58,227 nucleotides of DNA. It comes from Flavobacteriales bacterium (GTDB lineage Bacteria; Bacteroidota; Bacteroidia; Flavobacteriales_F; PHOS-HE28). The notes under the pieces are model-generated. The model ran no database searches and was not told where the DNA came from. It worked only from the letters and a program-made list of their open reading frames with translations. Within the stretch, counting starts at the first letter, position 1. Each line of letters starts with the position of its first letter. Position numbers and translations under genes: made by a program. Positions 27,131 to 36,449 of this stretch are shown one piece after another. The stretch spans positions 1 to 58,227 of the forward strand of contig JADLBK010000018.1 in NCBI GenBank assembly GCA_020847755.1, given 5' to 3'.

Positions 27131-30100
27131 TCAGCGGATCAGGGTCACATGGCCCACGCTCTCCTTCTCGGCCCCGATCATGCCGTTCACGTCCTCGATG
27201 AAGCGGTATTTGAGCTTCCACACGTACACCCCGTCCTGGACATCGGTGCCGTTGCGCTTCCCGTTCCAGCCCACTTCCGCATCCTTCCCGGCGAAGATCT
27301 CCTCGCCCCAGCGGTCGAAGATCTTCATCTCCATGGTGGCGATGTTGTACCCGCTCGGCATGAACAGGTCGTTCACCCCGTCGCCGTCCGGGGTGAAGCT
27401 GTTCGGAACGAAACACTGCGGCGGGCAGTATTCCACCACCTCGATGGAGTCGGTGATGGTGCAGTTCAGTGGGGTCGTGATGTCCACGATGTACCAGCCG
27501 TACGTGTTCACCTCGATGGTCTGGGTCTCCTCGTCGGTGCTCCACAGGTAGGTGCACCCGGGGTTCCCGGCGTCCAACAGGGTCTTCTTCGGCCAGTGGT
27601 CCAGGCAGATGATCTGCTCCTCCTCCGCGATGATGTTCGGCAGCGGGTTGAAGATCACCTCCACCGTGTCGCGCGTGGTGCAGTAGCCGTTGAAGACGTC
27701 CACCCACACGTCCTGCGTGGTGGTGACGAAGGTGGTCTGCGTGGTGGCCCCGGTGCTCCAGATGAAGGCCTGACCCGGGTTGCCCGCGTTCAGGTCCATG
27801 GTGTCGGTGTCGCACAGCGCCGTGTCCGGACCGAGGTCCACGATGGGGAAGGGGATGATGTCGATCACCGCATTGGCGGAATCGACACACCAGGTCGGCG
27901 TGGTCACCACCACCGAGTAGGTCGCGCTCACACTGTCCACCTGGATGCTCTGGGTCGTCTCGTTCGTGCTCCAGAGGTAGCTGCTGCCCGGGTTCCCGGC
28001 GTCCAGGGTGATCGTCTCGCTGATGCACACGGTGGTGTCGCGCAGGTCGATCACCGGCAGCGGGTCGAACACCACGTTGATGCTGTCGCTGTTCACGCAA
28101 TCGTTCCCATCCGTCACCTCCACCCAGTACAGGTCATCCGTGGTCACCGTGATGGCCTGGGTGATGGCGGTGGTGTTCCAGAGGTATTGGCTGCCGGGGT
28201 TGCCGGCGTCCAGCGTCCAGTTCTGACCGATACAGAGCGAGGTGTCAGGACCCAGTACGATCACCGGCAGGGGGTCCACGGTCACGTTCGTGGTGAAGGT
28301 GGCCTGGCAGCCCTGGGCGTCGGTGATGACCACCGTGTACGCACCGGCCGTGGATACCGTGATGGTCTGGGTGGTGGCGGTGGTGCTCCAGGCATACGTG
28401 CTTCCCGGATAGCCCGCATCGATCACCATGCTCTGACCGGCGCACAAGGACGAATCCGAGATGAAGGTGAGGTCGTCGAAAGGCACGTTGATGTTCACCG
28501 TGTCGCGCGCCGAACAGCCCAGGGCGTCCTGCACCACCACGATGTACTGGGCGGTGGAATCGAAGGTGATCACCGGGTTGGCGGTGTTGGCGCCCACCAA
28601 CTGGTTCGTCGGGGTCCAGCTGATGATGGCGCCAGGCACATTGTGTTGCACGTCCAGGACGAAGCCCACCGGGTCGCAGAGGGAGGTGTCCGCGGTGGCG
28701 TTCACCACGTAGGCCGTGCTCACCGTGATGTCGATGTCCTCCGTGAGCACACATCCACTGATGGTGTCCGTGACGGCCAGGACATAGGTCGTGGTGGTCA
28801 GCGGCGTTGCTGTCGGGTCCTGGACAGCGGCGTCATTGAGCGATCCCGCCGGGGTCCAGCTGTACACCAGGTTGGTGGTGTTACCGGCGATGGTGGCGTC
28901 CAGCAACGTGCTCTCACCCTGGCACAGGTCGTCGTCCGGTGTGGTGATGGTGAGCCCCAGGAGCTGGTTCACCGTGATGGTCACACTGTCCGTGGCGGTG
29001 CAGCCCTGGCCGGTGGTCACCGTCACGAAATACTCCGTGGTGGAGGGCGGTGTGGCGATGGGCGATTGCACGAAGGTGGCCGAGAGCGTGCCGTTGTTCG
29101 GCGTCCAGGTCCAGGTGTGGTTGGTGCCCGAGCTCGGAGCGGCGTTCAACTGGATGCCGCCCAGGTCGCAGATCGTGGTGTCCGGCGTCATGGCGATGCT
29201 GAACGGAGCCCCCACCTCGATGTACACCGAGTCCTGGTAGCTGCACTGGGTCCCGGTGAGCGTGCTTTGCACGTAATACCAGCCCGTGCTCGTCGGGTAG
29301 GCCATCGGGTTGGTGATGTTCGCCGCGCTGAGCGTGGCGGCCGGTGACCAGTTGATGGTGAGGCCGGTGGTGCCCTGAGCGCCGATGGCCACGTTGTCGA
29401 GGCTCCAGTTGTCGTTGCCCGGTCCGCTGCTGTTCAACTGCCGCCACCGGAAGAGCGTCGCGGCCGTTTGTGCGGGCGGCGGAATGGGCACGCTCACCGT
29501 CGCGAAGTTCGGGTACAGGTATTCCCACAACGTGGTCATCACCGTCCATGCACCGCCGCCATTGGTGGAGTACTCCAGCACCACGTCCTCGCCGGGGTCC
29601 GCGTCATCGCAGGGCGGGGCCGCCGCACCGATCTTGATGGCGAAGCTCACGCTTCCCCCATTGCTCACGTTCAAGGCGCTCGTCGTGGCCTGGCGTGGAT
29701 TCACCCCGTCGAAGTAGAGCGCATCGCCGAACACCGAGCCGCACGCATTGCTGATGGAGCCGCCCTGGATCGAGCTCCACATCGGCGAGAACACCAGGTC
29801 GAAGGGGTCCTCGGCGATGATCTGGTGCACTTGCAGGTCCAGTTGTGAGGAGTCCCCCAGGCACAGCGCGTCCACGGCCGTGCTGGCCTCATAGATGAGG
29901 ACATCGCCCTGGATCACATCGATGTACACACTGTCCAGGCTCACGGCACATCCGTTCAAGGTGCTCACGCTCACGTAGAACCAGCCGCTCTGGGTGGGTG
30001 TGGCGACCGGGTTCTGTAGGGAGCCATCGTTCAATTGCGGATCGGGCCACCAATTGTAGAGGTAGGTGCCCGGCGGGTCCACGACCACGTTCAGCTGTAC

Positions 30101-31735
30101 CGTTTCATACTCGCAGATGGTGATGGACGCCGGAGAAGGCACGCCATTCGCCGTCGGCGTGAGCAGCGGCGGGGTGTCCACCTCCACGCTGAAGAAGTAC
30201 TGCTCCTCGCATTGGCTCAGGTTCTCGTAGCCGGTGACCACATACACGTCGCTGCCGGGTGGGGTGAACGTGTAGCTCATCCCATAGTGCAAGGTGTCCG
30301 TGGGGTCGGAGATCACCGTCCAGAACGGGTTGAACAACGGTTCGGGCGGCGCCAAGGTGAGCGTGCCCGTGCTGTCCACCCCGCAGAACACGGAATCGAT
30401 GTTGATGGGCGGCAAGGGGGTGAAGGATCCCACCGAGTAAGCGTAGCTCTCGGCGCTCCCCATGCCGTACACATAGGCCGACAGGCCACCGGGGCAGGAC
30501 AAGGTGTGGCTGCCCTGCGTCAGCGGCACGCTGGCGTAGGCCGATGTCGGGCAGGCCGGGTAGGCCGTGAAGCTGGCCGGCGGCACGAGCACACCGTCCA
30601 GCGACACCTGGTTGATGTTCGCCGTCTCGGTGATGATGTTCAGGTAGTGGTTGGTGATCACCGTGGACGACACCGTGCTGAAGGTGATGTTGTCGATCTG
30701 CTGCTCCTCGGCGTTCAGGATCAGCAGCGCGGGGTCGCCATTGCCGCTGCAGGTGATGCCTTCCATGAGCTGGGCCACGCTGAAGGGCACGTTGCCCTCG
30801 AAACAGGCGGCCTGGCCGAAGGCGTTCACCTCCGTGAACTGGCCGGCGTTGAGGTTGATGGGCGGGCCGCCGTTCACCGTCACCACGGTGCCGTTCTGAT
30901 CCGCCAGGATCCGGTACGTGTAACCGGTGGTGGTGGAGTAGGGGACCGAGTAGTACTTGCGGCCCCACACGTTCCGCGGCAGGTTCTGCTCGCACACGTG
31001 GTCGCACGCATAGCAGCCCTGCGGGATGTTGGTGCACACCGACCCGCTGAAGACCGCGAAGGGCCTGCAACTCCCGCTCTGCGCCGTGCCGATGATCGTC
31101 GAGCCCGTGAAATCGTCCGTCACGTTGGTGCCCGCCGCCTTCACCTGGTAGGTCTGCCCGGAGTCCAGCTGCACCGTCCACGGCACACCGGCCACGTGGC
31201 CGCCCTCGGTGTTCACCGTGGTGGTGATCTCCACCTCGGTGTCATCCTGAGTGGACACAACGAGGAACTCGGAGGCCAGCCCGGACACCCCTGACAACCC
31301 GCCGTAGGCGTGGATCCGGTACTCGGTGCCCAGCGACTGCACGGGATATACCGTGGTGCCGTCGGCCGTGTATTGCTCGAAGTTGATGGCGAAGACCGCC
31401 ACGGTATCCTGCGTCTGCACCAGCACCGACTTGTTGTCGATGACGTCCGATTGGAAGTGCATCGCCGTCGCGATGGGGATCGTGACCGTGGTGGTGACGT
31501 TCGGTGCGACGTTGAAGGCCTGCGTCCAGCCCACGAGCGGCATGGTCACCACGCCGACCGTGGCCACGGGCGAACTGATGAAGATGTCCAGGCTCTGTGT
31601 GGGGTTGCCCTGGTAGTTCTGCATGAAGCCGAGCCAGAACTCCTTGCCCATGGTGGGCACCACCCCCTGGCCGTGCGCCTGGCCCAGGCTCAGCACCGCC
31701 ATCACGGGCAGTGCACGCAGAAAAGATCGCATCAT
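27131..31735 (-). CDS. Giant T9SS type B (CHU_C) adhesin: IgGFc-binding-like N-domain, Ig-like repeats, central beta-sandwich, five 70-aa modules
   Basis: Start taken at the ATG pair MMRSFLRALPVMAVLSLGQAHGQG (the track ORF begins at an upstream TTG, 31762). C-terminus VPNSFTPDGDGVNDLF...VYVWKLKY...GHVTLIR. Confidence 0.9.
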   Translation of the reverse strand: MMRSFLRALPVMAVLSLGQAHGQGVVPTMGKEFWLGFMQNYQGNPTQSLDIFISSPVATVGVVTMPLVGWTQAFNVAPNVTTTVTIPIATAMHFQSDVIDNKSVLVQTQDTVAVFAINFEQYTADGTTVYPVQSLGTEYRIHAYGGLSGVSGLASEFLVVSTQDDTEVEITTTVNTEGGHVAGVPWTVQLDSGQTYQVKAAGTNVTDDFTGSTIIGTAQSGSCRPFAVFSGSVCTNIPQGCYACDHVCEQNLPRNVWGRKYYSVPYSTTTGYTYRILADQNGTVVTVNGGPPINLNAGQFTEVNAFGQAACFEGNVPFSVAQLMEGITCSGNGDPALLILNAEEQQIDNITFSTVSSTVITNHYLNIITETANINQVSLDGVLVPPASFTAYPACPTSAYASVPLTQGSHTLSCPGGLSAYVYGMGSAESYAYSVGSFTPLPPINIDSVFCGVDSTGTLTLAPPEPLFNPFWTVISDPTDTLHYGMSYTFTPPGSDVYVVTGYENLSQCEEQYFFSVEVDTPPLLTPTANGVPSPASITICEYETVQLNVVVDPPGTYLYNWWPDPQLNDGSLQNPVATPTQSGWFYVSVSTLNGCAVSLDSVYIDVIQGDVLIYEASTAVDALCLGDSSQLDLQVHQIIAEDPFDLVFSPMWSSIQGGSISNACGSVFGDALYFDGVNPRQATTSALNVSNGGSVSFAIKIGAAAPPCDDADPGEDVVLEYSTNGGGAWTVMTTLWEYLYPNFATVSVPIPPPAQTAATLFRWRQLNSSGPGNDNWSLDNVAIGAQGTTGLTINWSPAATLSAANITNPMAYPTSTGWYYVQSTLTGTQCSYQDSVYIEVGAPFSIAMTPDTTICDLGGIQLNAAPSSGTNHTWTWTPNNGTLSATFVQSPIATPPSTTEYFVTVTTGQGCTATDSVTITVNQLLGLTITTPDDDLCQGESTLLDATIAGNTTNLVYSWTPAGSLNDAAVQDPTATPLTTTTYVLAVTDTISGCVLTEDIDITVSTAYVVNATADTSLCDPVGFVLDVQHNVPGAIISWTPTNQLVGANTANPVITFDSTAQYIVVVQDALGCSARDTVNINVPFDDLTFISDSSLCAGQSMVIDAGYPGSTYAWSTTATTQTITVSTAGAYTVVITDAQGCQATFTTNVTVDPLPVIVLGPDTSLCIGQNWTLDAGNPGSQYLWNTTAITQAITVTTDDLYWVEVTDGNDCVNSDSINVVFDPLPVIDLRDTTVCISETITLDAGNPGSSYLWSTNETTQSIQVDSVSATYSVVVTTPTWCVDSANAVIDIIPFPIVDLGPDTALCDTDTMDLNAGNPGQAFIWSTGATTQTTFVTTTQDVWVDVFNGYCTTRDTVEVIFNPLPNIIAEEEQIICLDHWPKKTLLDAGNPGCTYLWSTDEETQTIEVNTYGWYIVDITTPLNCTITDSIEVVEYCPPQCFVPNSFTPDGDGVNDLFMPSGYNIATMEMKIFDRWGEEIFAGKDAEVGWNGKRNGTDVQDGVYVWKLKYRFIEDVNGMIGAEKESVGHVTLIR
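27420..28480 (-). repeat. Coding tandem repeat: five ~210-bp (70-aa) modules (approximate bounds)
   Basis: Same LDAGNPGS.Y.WST..TTQ.I module as in the paralog. Confidence 0.7.
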
Positions 31736-31879
31736 GGTCGTCAGGTTCGTTCGGGTCTCCAAGGTCGGATCGTGCTGAAAGGTATCGCGGGGATCGGGAA
31801 CCGGTCCTGCACGGCCGATCGTGGACCGAGTACATGACGCGGAGGTTGCTCCGTACGTTGCCAGCGTCCAAAGAACTCT

Positions 31880-33460
31880 TCAGGGCAGGGTCCAGTTCAC
31901 GTCCAGGTCCCACCCGGCGCGCACGTTCACCGGCTCCGGATGCGTCAGGACCGGCTCAGGCAGCAGGCCGTCCCGCCAGCGCCCCGGGTCCCAGCGGCCA
32001 TTGCTGTTGCCGTCCCGCACCACCCGGATGCTGTAGGTGCCGGGCGGAAGGCCTTCCCACTGCACGCTATGGGCGCCGCCTTGCAGCGGCTGCCGGCGCA
32101 CGGCCCGCCCTTGGGCATCCTGCAACAACGCGATCAGCGCTCTTTCGGACCCTCCGTCGAAGGTGAGCTTCAAGCTGCCCAACGTGGCCGGGTCAGGGGC
32201 CGAAAGGGCCACCGTGGTGCTGTCGTTCCACCCGCCGTAAAGGTCGTGTATCGCCTTGGGCTTCAGTAGGATGGAGCCTCGAGATCCGGACAGGGGCCGG
32301 ATCCACAACAAGCGACGGTCAGCCGTGTCCCGCTCCACCGCGAACCGCACGCTGTCGGCTCCCGGCCCGGTGGCCACCACGCGGTCGGGAGCCACCCGAT
32401 CGATGGGCCGGGAGGCCCGAAGGGGCACCCCTTTCGGACCCGGCCCACCGGCCCGCAGCATCAGGTTGAAGGGGGGACGCGGCGGCCGTCGGTAGGTCAC
32501 CGTGTCCGCCGGGGCACTGTCCGGTCGCAGGATCACCCGCACCCCGTGCAGCAGGGTGGTGTCCGAGGGCCAGGCCAGCACCGTATCCCGCCCACCGCCC
32601 CATTCCAGCTGCCAATCGGGCCGCGGACCGCCTTCCTGTCCGACCGTGAGGGTGCGGAGGCGCAGACTGTCCACGGGCTTGCTGAAGACCAGTTGCAGCG
32701 CGCCTTCTGGCAGCACCCGGTCGTCCATCACCTGCGCCTGGAGGCACGGCTCGCGATACAGGTCCAGGACGTGCCGAAGGCTATCGCCCGGCAGCACCAC
32801 CCCCGCGGGGTCGAACGCGATCTCCTCCCCGGGCAGGTCGTAGCGCAGGTTGCCGTTCATGTCGCGCAGGGCGCGCAGGTCGTAGCGTCCACCGGCCAGG
32901 TAGCGCAATCGGAAGCGGCCCTCCGCATCGCTTCGGGCGATGTAGCGCGGGCGGCCGGTGGTGAAGGCGGCGGTGTCGCCTTCGGGATACAGGAGCATCT
33001 GCACGGCCTTTTCCGGCGCACCGGTGTAGGCATGGCGCACCAGTCCGGTCAGCTCGAGGCTGTCCACCGCATCGCCGGTGCTCAGGACGTGCATGAGCTC
33101 CTCGGCGGCGTTGCCTTCCGTGAGGTCCACCACGGCCTGGCCGAGGTTGATCACGTAGGTGGTGTGGGGCAGCAACGGGCCGGGCAGGTCGATCCGCACC
33201 TCGCGGGGACCGGTGCGCGTCACCTCCGGCGGGCTGTCCAACGGCGGCGACACCACCAGGTTCTCCCGCACCTTGCGCAGGTCGATCCGCTCATCGAACC
33301 ACAGGGTGATGGCCCCCCCCGTGAAGCCGGTGGTGCCGCTCGGCGGCGAGGCCTCCACGAGCTGCGGCGGGATCTCGTCCTTGGGTCCGCCAGTGGGGTC
33401 GCGCACCTGGGCGCAGGCCGTCAGCGTCACCAACAGGGCCGTCGCCGCGCGCCGGCTCAT
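31880..33460 (-). CDS. Lipoprotein with an N-terminal Ig-like (SbsA_Ig-type) domain, function unknown
   Basis: Internal ATG of the 716-aa ORF. MSRRAATALLVTLTACAQVRDPTGGPKDEIPPQLV (lipobox LTAC). Its ATG overlaps the GAF gene stop (ATGA). Confidence 0.75.
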   Translation of the reverse strand: MSRRAATALLVTLTACAQVRDPTGGPKDEIPPQLVEASPPSGTTGFTGGAITLWFDERIDLRKVRENLVVSPPLDSPPEVTRTGPREVRIDLPGPLLPHTTYVINLGQAVVDLTEGNAAEELMHVLSTGDAVDSLELTGLVRHAYTGAPEKAVQMLLYPEGDTAAFTTGRPRYIARSDAEGRFRLRYLAGGRYDLRALRDMNGNLRYDLPGEEIAFDPAGVVLPGDSLRHVLDLYREPCLQAQVMDDRVLPEGALQLVFSKPVDSLRLRTLTVGQEGGPRPDWQLEWGGGRDTVLAWPSDTTLLHGVRVILRPDSAPADTVTYRRPPRPPFNLMLRAGGPGPKGVPLRASRPIDRVAPDRVVATGPGADSVRFAVERDTADRRLLWIRPLSGSRGSILLKPKAIHDLYGGWNDSTTVALSAPDPATLGSLKLTFDGGSERALIALLQDAQGRAVRRQPLQGGAHSVQWEGLPPGTYSIRVVRDGNSNGRWDPGRWRDGLLPEPVLTHPEPVNVRAGWDLDVNWTLP

Positions 33461-33945
33461 TCGAACAGGGGTTCCAGCAGGGCGCCCACCTGGGCCAGCG
33501 CGTGGGCGTCCACCTCGCTGAAGTCGTTGAGGGCGCTGCTGTCGATGTCGAGCACGGCGGCCACGTGCCCGTGGCGGTCGCGCAGGGGCACCACGATCTC
33601 CGACCGGCTCAGGGGGCTGCAGGCGATGTGCCCCGGGAACTGCTCCACATCGGGCACCACCAGGGTGCGCTCCTGCTCCCATGCCGCGCCGCACACGCCC
33701 TTGCCGAAGCCGATGCGGGTGCAGGCCACAGGCCCCTGGAACGGGCCCAGCACGAGCTCGGCCCCCATCACGCGGTAGAAGCCCACCCAATGCCAGCCGA
33801 AGGACTGGTGCAGGGCGGCGCTCACGTTGGCCATGGCGGCGATGGGGTCGCGCTCCTCGGCCAGCAGCTCGCGCAATTGGGGCATCAGCGCGGCATACAG
33901 CGCCACACGGTCCGTGGTGGCCGGCAGCGAAAGCGTGGTCTCCAT
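33457..33945 (-). CDS. GAF domain protein, free methionine-(R)-sulfoxide reductase (MsrC/YebR)-like
   Basis: 162 aa. WVGFY....ELVLGPFQG.VAC.RI..GKGVCG.A......VVPDV..FPGHIAC....SEIVVP is the YebR/fRMsr signature. Confidence 0.85.
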   Translation of the reverse strand: METTLSLPATTDRVALYAALMPQLRELLAEERDPIAAMANVSAALHQSFGWHWVGFYRVMGAELVLGPFQGPVACTRIGFGKGVCGAAWEQERTLVVPDVEQFPGHIACSPLSRSEIVVPLRDRHGHVAAVLDIDSSALNDFSEVDAHALAQVGALLEPLFE

Positions 33946-33962
33946 GGGGGGCGGAAGGGGGG

Positions 33963-33970
33963 CAAAGGTA
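33963..33970 (-). promoter_or_regulatory. Candidate -7 box (TACCTTTG on the minus strand) for the GAF-lipoprotein operon
   Basis: Plus-strand CAAAGGTA, 18 nt upstream of the ATG at 33945. Confidence 0.4.
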
Positions 33971-34080
33971 TCGGTGGGGATGGGCTGGGAGAAGGTGATC
34001 TGGACCTACCTCCGGTCCGGGGCGCCTCATCGTCCCGTGCTACCTTCGACCAAATGAACCCCCGGACACCTTCTATGAAT

Positions 34081-34194
34081 GGCAGCGCCCGTGACGGCCA
34101 TGTGGTGGACCTGGCCGACCGCGCACCGGGCGTGTACCTGGCGCGTTTGATGGAGGGGAGCGGTGTGGTGCGATCGGTGAAAGCCCTGCGGTGA
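34081..34194 (+). pseudogene. Orphan 3' fragment (last ~38 codons) of a T9SS type A sorting domain; upstream copy of a 114-bp direct repeat
   Basis: Encodes ...GSARDGHVVDLADRAPGVYLARLMEGSGVVRSVKALR*. Matches 35523-35636 with 4 mismatches in 114 nt. No upstream coding body. Confidence 0.8.
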
Positions 34195-35636
34195 TGAGGA
34201 CACCAAGGACCTTGGCGGTGCTGCTGATGAGCGGCACCGGAGCGGTGGGCTTGGGCCAATACTGGGCACCCTTGCAGCCCGTGGCCAAGTTGCATCCACA
34301 AGTGAACGTGGTCTATGGCGACAGCGTGTGGGATAAGCTGCTGGTGGGGGGCAACTTCAAATGGGCGGTGGTGGGAGCGGATACGATCTTCACGGCAAGT
34401 GCAGCCATGTGGGATGGGGTGGGCTGGTCGGCGCTCCCGGCTCCCGTGGATGTTTGCATCGGTGGGAACATTTGTTCTCCGGTGTGGGAGTTCATGCGGA
34501 TCGATGGGCGTTTGCACGCCAATGGCGGGTTCGCGTTTTGGGACGCTGATTCGCTGGTGAACGAAGCCTTCGCCCGCTGGAACGAGCAGACCAGCGCCTG
34601 GGAGCGCTTGCCGTGCGTGAACCCGGGCGTGGGGGGCATGGCCACGCTGGTGCCGCATTTTCCACAGGACACCCTGTACCTGACGGGCTACCGGGGCACG
34701 CTGTGCGGCTACGACAGCAGCTGCGTGTTCGCATACGTGGGGGACACGATCGTGCCCCTGCCCTACCAGGCGCCGGTGCTGCACCACGGGCCCACCAGCT
34801 ACGTGGGCTTTGTGTTCAAGTACCAGGGGGTGCCCTACCTCACGGGCCTGCTGTACGACCCCCTGCAGGGGCAGCACTACAGCTTCATGCGGTGGAACGG
34901 CACGGCGTGGGAGGGTGTGCCGGGGTGGTCCACGCTGGACCCGATCAAGGATGTGCTGATCAAGGACGGCTGGTTGTACGTGTGCGGGTGGTTCTTCGAG
35001 GCGGGCGGTGCGCCAGGCAACATGGTGGCGCGCTTCAACGGAACGCAGTGGGAGGCCTTGGGCAGTGGGCTGCTGGCGGCACTGCCCTCCAGCTCGCAAG
35101 GGGTGGCAATGGACCTGCACGAGTGGAACGGCGACCTGTACGTGGCGGGCCAGTTCAACTATGCGGGCGGGGTGCCGGCGGAGAACGCGGCGCGTTGGGA
35201 TGGGAGCCGCTGGTGCGGCCTCGGGGGCAGCTATGCCATGCAAACCCCGGGTGGCAAGGCCAACGGGTTCACCGTGTGGCGCGATGAGCTGTACATGTCA
35301 GGCGGTTTCATCACCATCGACGGGGACACCATGTGGCATGTGGCGCGCTGGTTGGGCCAGGTGGAGAACTGCAGCGCTCCGGTGACGCTGCCCGAAGGCA
35401 TGGCCGATGAAGCGCCGTGGTGGGTGCCTCTGGAGCCCGGGCGCTGGCAGCTGCGTTTGCCCCAGGGCCAGGTGGGCCGCCTGGAGCTGTGGGACGCACG
35501 GGGGCGCTTGGTGCTCGTGCAGGGCAGCGCCCGTGACGGCCATGTGGTGGACCTGGCCGACCGCGCACCGGGCGTGTACCTGGCGCGTTTGATCGAGGTG
35601 AACGGTGCGGTGCGATCGGTGAAAGCCCTGCGGTGA
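34194..35636 (+). CDS. Secreted beta-propeller-like protein with a T9SS type A C-terminal sorting domain
   Basis: MRTPRTLAVLLMSGTGAVGLGQ signal. C-terminus ...DGHVVDLADRAPGVYLARLIEVNGAVRSVKALR. Its ATG overlaps the stop of the orphan fragment. Confidence 0.8.
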   Translation: MRTPRTLAVLLMSGTGAVGLGQYWAPLQPVAKLHPQVNVVYGDSVWDKLLVGGNFKWAVVGADTIFTASAAMWDGVGWSALPAPVDVCIGGNICSPVWEFMRIDGRLHANGGFAFWDADSLVNEAFARWNEQTSAWERLPCVNPGVGGMATLVPHFPQDTLYLTGYRGTLCGYDSSCVFAYVGDTIVPLPYQAPVLHHGPTSYVGFVFKYQGVPYLTGLLYDPLQGQHYSFMRWNGTAWEGVPGWSTLDPIKDVLIKDGWLYVCGWFFEAGGAPGNMVARFNGTQWEALGSGLLAALPSSSQGVAMDLHEWNGDLYVAGQFNYAGGVPAENAARWDGSRWCGLGGSYAMQTPGGKANGFTVWRDELYMSGGFITIDGDTMWHVARWLGQVENCSAPVTLPEGMADEAPWWVPLEPGRWQLRLPQGQVGRLELWDARGRLVLVQGSARDGHVVDLADRAPGVYLARLIEVNGAVRSVKALR

Positions 35637-35652
35637 GGCGAGGTGACGAGCC

Positions 35653-36390
35653 CTACGCCGTCGCCGCCGTACACACGCTGACCCGCAGGCCGGGCACTCG
35701 CAACAGGGCGCGGATGCAGCCCTCGAGGGTGGCGCCGGTGGTGATCACATCGTCCACCAGCAGCACATGGGCGCCGGCCAGCGAACGTATTTCGCCCAGC
35801 TCGAAGGCCTCCTTCACGTTGGTCCAGCGCTCCCAGCGGCCTTTGCGGGTCTGGGTGGTGGTGCGCACCACGCGCATCAGCCCCTGGTCGGGCATGCGCA
35901 GGGGCCACAGCTCGCGGAAGCCGTCCACGAGCACCTGGCTTTGGTTGTAGCCGCGCTGCCGGAGCCGGTCGGGGTGCAGGGGCACGGCCAGTACGTGGTC
36001 CACCGTGGCGAAGCGGGGACTGGCGCGCAGGGCTTCGGCCATCCACCGGCCCAGTTCCAGCCCCACGGCCCGGTCGCCCTGATACTTCAAGCGATGCAGC
36101 ATGCGCTGGGTGCGGCCGCGACGGTTGAACTGCAGCAGGGCCGCGGCAGCCTCCACCACCACCTTGCCGTGGAAAAGCCGTTCCACACGATTGTCCGCTT
36201 GCAGGTGCATGCCGGTGCGCGGCAGGTCCAGCACGCAGGGCAGGCACACGGCCTTTTCCTGCGTCATCAATGGACGATCGCAGGCGCTGCACCGGCGGGG
36301 AAGGAAGAGCTCGGCCGCGTCCAGCAGCCACTGTCCGATCCCCATCGTCGTTGCTTGGGCCATCCCGGTCGACGTGTTGATAATTGCCAT
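35653..36390 (-). CDS. comF: ComF family protein (phosphoribosyltransferase domain)
   Basis: N-terminal Cys pairs (RRCSACDRPL...CLPC). C-terminal PRT motif VLLVDDVITTGATL. The start may be 36363 or 36345 rather than 36390. Confidence 0.85.
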   Translation of the reverse strand: MAIINTSTGMAQATTMGIGQWLLDAAELFLPRRCSACDRPLMTQEKAVCLPCVLDLPRTGMHLQADNRVERLFHGKVVVEAAAALLQFNRRGRTQRMLHRLKYQGDRAVGLELGRWMAEALRASPRFATVDHVLAVPLHPDRLRQRGYNQSQVLVDGFRELWPLRMPDQGLMRVVRTTTQTRKGRWERWTNVKEAFELGEIRSLAGAHVLLVDDVITTGATLEGCIRALLRVPGLRVSVCTAATA

Positions 36391-36449
36391 CGAAAGCCCT
36401 GAAGGCCGCGATGTGCGGCGGTAATTTAGCCGCCCGAGCCCGAACCCCC

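Noticed and set aside
26396-29347. 983-aa plus-strand ORF across the adhesin region
   Set aside because: It is antisense to the two adhesin genes, whose minus-strand translations show signal peptides, repeated Ig-like modules and CHU_C domains. The plus-strand product is a G/R/H/V-rich artefact.
33461-34030. Upstream 190 codons of the 716-aa ORF 31880..34030 as part of the lipoprotein gene
   Set aside because: That stretch overlaps the well-supported GAF gene in another frame and is Arg/Pro/Gly-rich. A lipoprotein signal peptide (MSRRAATALLVTLTAC) starts at the internal ATG at 33460, which overlaps the GAF stop.
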